A stretch of 64,000 bases of DNA, taken from contig OZ316896.1 of the NCBI GenBank assembly GCA_973895155.1, positions 16,664,654 to 16,728,653 on the forward strand, written 5' to 3'. Below the pieces are notes generated by a model, which saw nothing but the letters and a program-made list of their open reading frames with translations, did not search any database and had not been told where the DNA came from. Shown here in pieces: positions 25,633 through 35,171 of the stretch (position 1 is its first letter; every line of letters begins with the position of its first letter). Origin of the DNA: Marsupella aquatica. Taxonomy: Eukaryota > Plantae > Marchantiophyta. The position numbers and the translations under genes were made by a program.

Positions 25633-26575
25633 CTTACATTGCTTGAGCTTTTTGGTGGCATTTCTACAGGCCTGGAAGCTCTCCTACAGTCTGGCATGGT
25701 GATGAAGCAGTACATCTATGTGGATATTGATCCAGGTGCAAGGCAAGTGGCTGAATCCCGTCTGCTGGAATTTTCAGAGCGATTTCCTCAGCAGTTTCCA
25801 CACAGTGCAAGGAAGTCTACATTTTCTTTCTTTCCTTCAGATATCCAGCTTGTCCAGCACCGGCACTTAACCCTTCTTGGCTCCCTTGATTTGATCATAG
25901 CTGGTTGGGAATGCCAAGGGTTTTCAGCTGCTGGTCACGGTGCTGGACTGCATGATTCTCGTTCTGGCCTTTTCACAGCATTGGTTCAGATTCTCACCTG
26001 GGCTCAATCCCTTTATCCTGCTGTTGGTTATATCATTGAGAATACTCCATCTCAGTTTGACCAGCGACCACAGGTCAAAGAGGATTTCAGTGTGGTCCAG
26101 CACTACTTGGGACCACCCCTTCTCATTGATGCAGTGCACTGTGGTTCTTATGCACATCGTCTTCGTAACTTTTGGACTAACCTTGCACCACCTTCCTTGT
26201 TGGAGTTAGCTCTTCACCACACATCCAGGGACACTAACCTCACAGTGGACCAGATTTTGGATCCTGACAGTTCTTGCCAACCAGTTACACGGCAAGAGCC
26301 AGCACCTTGGTATCCAGCCAATACCATTGGACAGCCCCGTGCTGCTTGGCCTACATTGTGTCCTTTCCAGGTGCACATGCTTTTCAGGGTGATGGTCCTG
26401 GCCTGGTTTACCGACATTCTACCGGTACATGGGATGAACCTAGTCCTGAGGAGAGAGAACGGGCTATGGGCTTCCAATCTAGTACTACAGGTCACACCCA
26501 GATCACCAGGCTGGCCAGGAATGCTTTACTTGGCAGGGTAATGGATCTCAATGCTCTCACTTGGCTTCTGGTCAC
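25633..26575 (+). CDS. C5 cytosine DNA methyltransferase domain within pol; frameshift near 26358
   Basis: Motifs in order: LLELFGGIS (I), YVDID (II), DIQ (III), IAGWECQGFSAAG (IV), DSRSGLF (V), IIENT (VI), AHRLRNFW (VIII). ERERAMGF (IX) and LLGRVMD (X) follow in the next frame. Confidence 0.92.
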
Positions 26576-26699
26576 TTGCATCCTTTTTCAGATGTCCATT
26601 CCTCCAGCATCAGGAGTTCCAGTTCTACCACTCCATGGTGCACTTACCTTTGTCCAACACTCACCACTTCAGTCCCAGTGTTGGGGGGGAGGAGGTCCC

Positions 26700-28245
26700 T
26701 TGTAATGTGGCTGACATTATTTCTGAGTTTCATGGTGTGGATCAGACCAGAGCAACAGATACAGCAGGCCTTGGAGAGGCCTCATCACTTTATCAGCAGC
26801 ATGCTAGCAGCTTGGACAGTGGAGAGGCTAGCACTTCTGGCTCTTCAAGCACGAGTACATCAGGTCCTATTCCTAGTGTTGCGAACTACACATTTATCAT
26901 GGGCAACCACTTGAGTAAAAGACAGAAGGACCAGCTGCTGAATTTGCTCCTCAAGCATGAGAACGTGTTTGCTTTCTCTATGAAGGACTTGGGTAAGTGC
27001 AAGACTATGCAGTTCTCCATTGAGTTGGCTGATGAAACACCTATCTTCAGGCGAAGACACCGTTTGAGTAAGCATGAGTGGCAGTTGGTGGATGAGAGGT
27101 GCCAAGAGCTCTATGAAGCTGGTCTTATTCAGCCATCTACATCAGATTTTGCAGCAGCTACAATGATGCCTGCAAAGAAGGATTCCAGTGGATTGTGGAC
27201 AGAGAAGCGCATGTGTGGGGACTACAGGCCACTAAACCTGGTCACACCCCAGGACAGGTACCCCATGCCACGGCCAGAGGAGCTATTTGATAGCATTGGA
27301 GACTCAGACATCTTCACTCTTGTGAATCTAAGGCAAGGCTTTAACCAGATTTTGCTGCTTGCAAAGGTCCGCAAGAAAACAGTTTTCCATGGTAGTAACC
27401 AACTATGGGAGTGGTTGGTGATGCCATTTGGCTTGAAGAATGCGCCCATATTCTTTCAAAGAGTCATGGACCAGGTTCTTCAAGGTGCTGAGTTTCTGAA
27501 ATGCTACATTGATGATGTGTTGGTCCACAGCAAAGGATTTGACCAGCATCTACTTGACCTTGAGGAGCTATTCATGAGGCTTAAGAAGGTGAACCTAAAG
27601 ATACACCCCAAGAAGTGTGAATTTGCTGTCAGATCAGTAGTATATCTTGGGCATCGCATTCTTCCAAATGGAACCATGGCTCACTGGGCCAAGGTGGTAT
27701 CCATCTTGGAAATGCCCACTCCTACCGATGTTCACACTTTGAGGAGTTTTATTGGGTTGTGCAATTACTACCGAATCTACATCAAAGATTTCAGTACCAT
27801 TGCACACCCATTGTATGCTTTGTTGAAAAAGAATGTGACTTGGACATGGAGTACAGATGCTGAGGCAGCATTTGCCACTTTGAAGGAGAAGCTCTCAGAA
27901 TACCCGGTGTTGAGAAGACCTGATTTCAGCAAGGTCTTTGTGTTACACACAGATTGGAGTGCCCTTGGGATTGGTGCCATTCTGGGCCAGCATGATGAGG
28001 AAGGTAAAGAGTACGTCATTGCCTATGCATCCAGGAGCAACAATCAGGCAGAGAGTCATTATTCTTCTTATGAGGGTGAATGCCTTGCTGTTGTGTGGGC
28101 TGTCATACATTATAGGCCCTACCTCTATGGGACCAGGTTTGTTCTCTACACCGACCACCAGCCCTTGAAGTGGTTGATGACCAACGACAAGCTTACTGGC
28201 AAGCTTGCTCGTTGGGCGCTCATACTCCAGGAGTATGATTTTTAG
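26700..28245 (+). CDS. Reverse transcriptase + RNase H (Ty3/Gypsy type)
   Basis: RMCGDYRPLN, MPFGLKNAP, YIDD (27505-27516), YLGH, HTDWS, YSSYEGECLAV and TDHQPL. Motif A reads VNLRQGF (Asp to Asn at 27325). An in-frame TAG at 28243-28245 interrupts YDF*VIHRPG. Confidence 0.95.
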
Positions 28246-29878
28246 GTAATTCATAGGCCTGGTGTGACACATCAGAATGCTGACACTATGTCCCGCAGCC
28301 CTTTGATTACCTCTGATGATTCCTCAGATGCACGGCAAGATTTTGACCAGGCTTCCATCCTGCCTACATTTCATGCATCGACCTATCTTGCTTTGCTGCC
28401 ATGCTATGTTGTTGACCAACCTATGGTGGACATATGGGAGGACAGCGACACTCTGAGATTTCTGCTGCATGGGGAGTACCCCTCACATGTTACTGCTGCC
28501 CAGAGAGACCGAATTCAGCAAAGGTCCAAGCGCTACTTGTGGAAGGGAGATCATCTCGTGCGTTGCTTGCCAGACAGGGAAGTGGTGGTTCCACCTATTC
28601 ATGAGAGGGTTGGCCTTATCCGTAAGGTACATTCTGAGCTTGGTCATTTTGGTGTTAAGAGGACTTACAGCCTCTTGGTCCCTCATTATCATTGGAGAGG
28701 CATGCATGGCCAGGTTCGAGATGTTATTGCCCGGTGTGAACAGTGTGATAGGGTGAGGACTTCCTTCACATCTCGACAACCCACACTTCATCCACTCCCT
28801 ATTCAGGGCATGTTTTATCGCTGGTCATATGATTTGGCTGGAGAATTACCCCTCACGTCTCGGGGTAATCTCTACATCATGATCATGATAGAGCATTTCT
28901 CCAAGTGGATAGAACTTGTGGCATTGCCGGATAAGACCTCCCATAGCACCAGCCAGGCATTCCTACAACAAGTTCTCAGCCGCTTTGGAGCTTGTGCAGA
29001 ATGTCTCACTGACCAGGGCTCAGAGTTTAGAGGAGAGTTCCAGGAGCTGCTTGATCAGGCCCTCATTGATCATCGCCGGACATCACGAGATCACCCACAG
29101 GCAGATGGCTTGGCAGAGCGCATGGTTCAGACATGCAAGAAGGGCCTTCGGAAGATCTGCCTCACCAAAAACAAGGAGGATTGGGACCTGGCCTTACCCT
29201 ACATTGCCATGGGGTATAGGATGTCCAGACATGCATCACTGTCTAACTTTTCTCCCTACTTCTTGTTGTTTGGTCGTCACCCAGTTCCACCTTCTGCTAT
29301 TGCTTCTCACATGTTTCAGGTGGTGGACTTGGATTCAGCTGTGACTTGGTCTGATGTGATCTCTGAGAGGGCTGCCCCTATTCAGGAGGGTTATGCCCAT
29401 GGCCATGGAGAATTTGGCCATTGCACAGCACAGGGACACACTGCGTTATGCACACACACGAGGGGGCACTTTTCAGCCCAAGGTCAGGAAGTTTGAAGTG
29501 GGAGATTTTGTGTACTTGCAGCGGCAAGCTAACGACACCCTGGACACCTCTACCAGTCGCACTATTCTGAGGGTCAAAGCTATTCGACCGTCTGGAGTGC
29601 TAGAGTTACAAGGGGCAGATGGGCGCACAATTGCTGACAATGCCAAGAATTGCGCCCCTTGTCATCTGCCTAACCTGGATCCCACCATTGTGACTTCTAC
29701 TTGGATTCCACCTGTGGACTACCCTTGCAAAGTGTGTTTGCGAATTGATGATGCTGACCAGATGCTGCTGTGTGACAATTGTAATGGAGGGTACCATCTT
29801 TTCTGCCTTCGGCCTGAACTTACCCAGGTGCCAGAAGGGTTATGGTTTTGCCCTTCCTGTGCTCCACGTGCTATCTGA
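28246..29878 (+). CDS. DDE integrase with C-terminal PHD finger; frameshift near 29378
   Basis: HSELGH...CEQC zinc domain; YDLAG, TDQGSEF and AERMV catalytic motifs; FEVGDFVYL. The C4HC3 PHD CKVC...LLCDNCNGGYHLFCL...WFCPSC lies at 29726-29860. Confidence 0.93.
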
Positions 29879-29910
29879 CTTTTCTTTAGCCCTCCTTTTG
29901 GCTGTGGTCT

Positions 29911-29917
29911 GGGGGGG
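29911..29917 (+). promoter_or_regulatory. G-tract, putative polypurine tract
   Basis: GGGGGGG immediately precedes repeat B1, 33 bp after the integrase stop codon. Confidence 0.6.
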
Positions 29918-30093
29918 ATACAGAGGTTTACACCTCCACTACGTACATACCACCTCAGTTGCTTTTTCTTGGCACCTGTGAATGTGATTGGACTTTTTCT
30001 ATGCATGTTGGTTGCTAGCAGCTTGCACATATGCATTGCCGGTGACTTGTATGTTTTCGATACACTATGGCTACGATACTATATGTCACGACA
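29918..30093 (+). repeat. Terminal repeat B1 (176 bp)
   Basis: Matches 30449-30624 with one substitution seen; ends GTCACGACA. Confidence 0.95.
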
Positions 30094-30095
30094 GC

Positions 30096-30448
30096 TGTCA
30101 TGCCGAGGGACAGTGCCGCTTGTGCACATCGGCATGTCCCTCGCATGCCCGCTAGGTATGGTTAGGGCTAGTGTACTACTTGAGTTAGTGTCATGTTCTT
30201 GTAACGAGTCTGGGCTATTCTTGAGGTTTGTTAGTGTGACGCCTGGACCCGGTCCTACTTAGGGCATGTTTTTCTTTGCCGTTCTTCAGTTCTTCTTGAA
30301 TCGCTGTGAGACAGAGTTTTTCAGAGGCTGCTCGTCGATTCCGTACACGGAATTCACACAGTGATTCGTTAGATGCTCCCGGCCGATCTTGGCATCTCGC
30401 CGGTTTTCGATTCGATTTCAGTACGTTTGTTTCTATCACGCCTTTTAT
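30096..30448 (+). repeat. Terminal repeat A2 (353 bp)
   Basis: Direct repeat of 20933-21285. Confidence 0.95.
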
Positions 30449-30624
30449 ATACAGAGGTTTACACCTCCACTACGTACATACCACCTCAGTTGCTTTTTCT
30501 TGGCACCTGTGAATGTGATTGGACTTTTTCTATGCATGTTGGTTGCTAGCAGCTTGCACATATGCATTGCCGGTGACTTGTATGTTTTCGATACACTATG
30601 GCTACGATACTATATGTCACGGCA
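30449..30624 (+). repeat. Terminal repeat B2 (176 bp)
   Basis: Direct repeat of 29918-30093; ends GTCACGGCA, followed by the GATG TSD. Confidence 0.95.
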
Positions 30625-30942
30625 GATGTTGTCCAAGAGTATTTTGATTCCCTTCCATTCCCTATGTCTTTCATGAGGGTTTTTTTTGGGTTAGTTTTAT
30701 TTCAAGTTGATTCTTCTCAATTTTTGGCTCAAAGTGTTGTTGGAGAAGTTTGTGCTTGTTATGTGACTCCAAGCCAGATTCCTAGTGTATTGCATGCTCG
30801 GTTCTTCCTATCTTACTTGGTGTGATTCCTTCCATGAGCTCACTTGCCTCCATCTAGAAATTGTTAGGTGAAGGTATCATGAGCTCATGCCTTCATACTG
30901 AGGTCACCACATGGGTGGGTATATGCCTTGCATTCTATTCTA

Positions 30943-31224
30943 CGAGCTCAATACCCGTGCGTTGCACAAAAGAAGTCGTGTCGGCCAAGATGTCGTTGAG
31001 AAAAAAAAGAAGTCGTGTAAGCCAAGAGGTCGTGGAGAGAAAAAATGACGTGTCGGCCAAGAGGTGGTTGAGAGAAAAAAAGTCGTTGAGAAAAAAAGAT
31101 GTCATGTTGGCCAAGAGGTCGTTGAAAAAAACTTGTCATGTCGGCCAAGATGTCGTTGAAAAAAAATGTCGTGTCGGCAAAGATATCATTGAGAGAAAAA
31201 TAGAATTATTTATATATGAATAGA
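30943..31224 (-). mobile_element. Non-autonomous Helitron-like element with ~38 bp tandem repeats
   Basis: The minus strand begins A|TCTATTCATATATA and ends with a GTGCAACGCAC hairpin and CTCG|T (variant of CTAG). Repeats read GTCGTGTCGGCCAAGATGTCGTTGAGAAAA. Same family as 13382-13684. Confidence 0.65.
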
Positions 31225-31943
31225 TTTATATAAAATTTGATTAATTTTTTCATTGTGGCAGGTATGGGAAGGTTAAAGGGTAGTTTGGGCATTTTTAAAA
31301 GGGGTGTATGGATAGATCTAACAGTGTGGAAAAAATTATGTTTTAATAAACATTCAAGATTGATTGTCACTTTTTTTAGTTTGTAAAGGGGCTGGATCAA
31401 GATTATAGTGGTACATGGTAAAAGGAGGTCTCCATGATACTCTTGCATTGCTAGAGACCCTCCTTATTTTCTTTGTACTATTAAATTCATTTTGTGCTTG
31501 GAAACATTGCTCTCCATTTTCATTCACAAAAGATATCATTCTTTCATGTTTTTCATTTTTGGGATATTGCAAATTTGAATGACTACTATCATTATTATAT
31601 TTTTCAATATTATAATACTTGTAATAATATATAGTATCATATATATTATGTACTTTTGTATTTCATGTGTATACCTCCTTGATACTCATGCATGTACATT
31701 CATTCTCTTGTTTTGTGTGCCCCATTGGTTCTAGCATTGGCTCCCTATTTTTGTGTCTCCCATTTGATTCCCCGTTTGTTTGGAATGTATTTATTATCTT
31801 TCGGTGCACACTAAATTTAATACAACCTTTATTCCTTCTCTTTGACATGATTAATATTTTTTAGACACTCTAAATTTGAATGATGACCACTTCATAGAAA
31901 GGCGCAACCTTGTATTATAATTTAGGATGTTCACTGTTTAGGT

Positions 31944-33223
31944 TGTTGAGAAAAGACGACATTCACAACATTTGGTAAGCCCATGATCATTCAACGCACA
32001 ATTAGTCAACATAGAGAGATATATGCGGTGATATGTGATTCACCTCAGCTGAGGCTAAGTCCACATAAGAACTTTATTGCACTCTCGGCCCGTTGGTATA
32101 CTGATCTCTGCAATATAGGATCTCCTTATCTCTCAACTAGCTCCGTAACAATGAGCTTAAGTAAACACTGCTTGAAATATAGTGTGCAAAATGTCTAACC
32201 TAACCAAATACCCATTAAACCAAAAATTTGCTAATTTTTTTTTCTCAAGTTACACACCTTATTGATCCTATTTTAAACGGGAACAATGATTGCCAATAGC
32301 AATGTTTCCAAATTTTACCCGATGCCGTCAACAAGTCCAGGAGTGCAAAAACCTCCCGTTCCAACTTGCTCACTCCGCATCAAGTGCCAATCCTAGACTC
32401 AAAATGATTCTTTTGTCGTGATCTCTTTGTTGAACCGTAGCACAAGTTAGATGCAACAACAAGGAACCCGGTTCAGGCAAACAAACTCCATAGCCTATCC
32501 AAAAACAATAAATCTTCTTTTGCTCATTATGTCGCACTTCTTACGCAAGTGTCAGCAAACTGAGCTGTAGCATGCAACAGCTTGTTCACTGCAAAGCTCA
32601 CACCATAAAAAATGTACTTTGGTCCCTCCTTCCAAAAACACAAAACTTCACTGAAAGTTCAAAAATTACACAAACTTTAATTCCTCCACACCACAAAGTA
32701 ACTCAGATCGGTGATTCTAAGCACCGTTAGAAATTCCTCACACCAACCTATCTGCTGAGCCCATAACCTTTGCTTTCCATGCAACAAAACTCCGGAAAAC
32801 CCACTAACACAAAACGCTAGAAAAACCATCACAAAAAAAGAAAAAATCTCTTCACCTCCTAGGCATGCTCTAATACCAATTGTTGAGCAAAGACAATATT
32901 CACAACGACAAGCCCATGATCATCCAATGCACAAGTAATTGACACTGTAAGAGATACATGGTTCACCTCAGCTAAGGTTACGTTTACAGGAACAAATAAG
33001 AGCTTTATTGCACTCTAGGCCCATTGGTTATACTGAGTCTCCGCAATACAAGATCTCTCTATGTCTCAACTGGCTTTGTAACAATGAACCTGAGTTACTC
33101 TATCCAAACAAACACCGCTTGGGATATAGTGTACACAATGACTAACGTAACCAAGTCAACAACTAGGGTTAGCCCTATTGCGGTTATAGTCGTAACCCTA
33201 GACGTAAGAGTAAATGCCTCACA
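31944..33223 (-). mobile_element. Small non-autonomous/deleted LTR retrotransposon (LTRs 32881-33223 and truncated 31944-~32210)
   Basis: 5-bp TSD TAGGT on both sides and TG...CA ends. A Met-tRNA-type PBS TGGTATTAGAGC lies on the minus strand at 32867-32878. The two LTRs are visibly diverged. Confidence 0.8.
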
Positions 33224-34829
33224 TAGGTGAGGATGTTTGTTTTTCACAATTTCCCTCACTCGCCATTGTGACCTTAGCTACTTGTTTTCTTGCTTGATTA
33301 TGCTGGAGCTTATGCTAAGTTTTTATGCTCTTTTGTGCTCCAATTCGATGTTGTGATTCATTGCAATTTTATTTTTATGCTCATTCTTGCTACCACGACT
33401 CAGTTCTTGTTCCAAAATCCAGCTGGGATTGTGCTTAACTCTTGCCACAAAATCTTGGTATGACTTTGAAAACACATATTCTTGATTGCTGGTGTGTTGA
33501 TGAACCTTTTGTCGACATAGGAGATTTTAAGCTGTTGGTGATAAACTGCAAGAATTTGCCAGATGATTGTTACGTAATGTGGACACCATTTGGGAGAGTC
33601 TAGTGGAGACTACTAGCACTATGCCTCTTGGCTTCAAAGGTGGTATCATTAATCATGTTGCCAAGGATGCATTGGTGATGTGCAATTGGCAAAGGTGTGT
33701 CCTTGACTAACTTGGCATAGTTATATAATCAATCTTCATAATGGTGTAAGGAGGCTGGACCTAATGTCAAAGCATATATTGTATCACCAAGTTTATTAAA
33801 GGGGTGCTCCAACTTTAGACATCCTTCCCCAAATGGTATGAAAAGCATTTAGTACTAGAATATCTAGATAAATCAGCAAAACAATTGTCTCTAAGTTAAC
33901 TTAAGTGTGAGGATCCCACAAAAGAGAGTTAAGTAGCTTGTCTTGCAGTGTTTTTGGCTCAAAAAGATTATGATATTAGAATGATATTCCTTAATCATTC
34001 CCTTTTTATAACTCTGATGAACATTCTATGAATCACCCTTGGGTGACTTGGTACCCATGCAGCCATGCTCCTCATGACCTTAGAGCATCTCCAACCCAAG
34101 AGTTGACCAAACCCAGTAAAGAAAGCGCAAAGAGTCAGGTCCAACCCACTCACTGGAAAGCTATCAGGTCTTCAGGAACAGGGTTTTTTACTTATTGGAT
34201 TTGTATTTGGAAGAGATATACCTTGGGTTTGTTGCTGGATTGTCAAGATTTCAATTTATAGTTGTCAAATTGGTGATACCTAGTGTTTACGCCATCAAGG
34301 TTGAGGCTAAGTTTCAATTGGCCATGATATGTACACTGAACTATTATAAGAAAAGAACTTTGTCAGACTGAGTATTTAAGGCACCCAACAAGCAAAACCC
34401 CGTTAGAATGGAGATGCTCTTAGGGGGGCCTTACAAGAACTCCACAACAACAATTCTTTTTTCTGTGTGTGACATGCAATGTTAGGCAGTCAACTGTGGA
34501 AACACATTGCACTAAACTTTACATACATGAACTTGGGAGCACAAATAGGGCAGAACCATTACTCGTCCCAATCATCTGATGGAGGTCTCTTTTTTCCTGA
34601 TGTGTATATGTTTTTGGTCACAGACTTAGACCTCTTGTGAGGTGGTCCAAGATTAGACCAAGCGGCCATTTCTTTTTAGGGCCTTTGCATTTATTAACCC
34701 CAGACTTTACACATTTGGCTCAAGCATTCTAACTTTGGTGCGTGCATCTGGCCTTATGCTTTGCTTTGGATTGGAGATACATTGAATGGCCTCCACTATA
34801 TTATAAATGTTTAGTAAAGAACGACTACT

Positions 34830-35171
34830 TATAAGGGAACATGCACAATCACGTGCAACATTCAACAAATAACACAAGTAGTTGACACAAGAGACATGTG
34901 ATTCACTTCACCAGAGGTTACGTCCACAAGAACACATAAGAGAGCTCTTCTGAACTCTAAGCCCATCATCCATACCAAGTCTCCTCATACTAGTTCTCCC
35001 TATCTCTTGACTGTCTTGGTAACAATGAGCCTAAGTTTCATTCACAAACAAAGTCCTGCTAGTGAATTAATTAATGAGACACATCTAACCTTAGCCAAGC
35101 ACTTGACTATCAAGGTTAGACTAATTGTGGCTACATTATAATTCTAGACAGGCTAAGAGTACATGCCTAAA
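34830..35171 (-). mobile_element. Degenerate solo LTR related to 32881-33223
   Basis: Shared blocks GGTTACGTCCACAAGAAC, GTAACAATGAGCCTAAGT and AAGAGTACATGCCT. Confidence 0.6.

Larger units (their letters stand above)
20933..30624 (+). mobile_element. Ty3/Gypsy-type retrotransposon with C5 DNA methyltransferase and PHD finger; split/permuted terminal repeats (A-body-B-gc-A-B)
   Basis: TG...CA termini, TSD GATG (20929-20932 / 30625-30628), domain order PR-RT-RH-INT, and the repeats detailed below. Confidence 0.93.

Noticed and set aside
20933-30624. Classification as a DIRS/Ngaro/PAT element because of the split direct repeats
   Set aside because: It encodes an aspartic protease and an HHCC-DDE integrase and has a TSD; no tyrosine recombinase motifs were seen.
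30096-30624. Treating A2+B2 as an ordinary 3' LTR or an inserted solo LTR
   Set aside because: The 5' end has only A, an extra B precedes A2, the G-tract sits before B1, and the only matching TSD encloses the whole element.
20928-30628. 5-bp TSD AGATG
   Set aside because: It would remove the terminal A of the CA end; the 4-bp GATG fits TG...CA termini better, though one locus cannot fully decide.
20590-30885. Older LTR interrupted by the Gypsy insertion (GGTATCATGAGC PBS-like at ~30873)
   Set aside because: Suggestive only; no termini, partner LTR or TSD could be defined.
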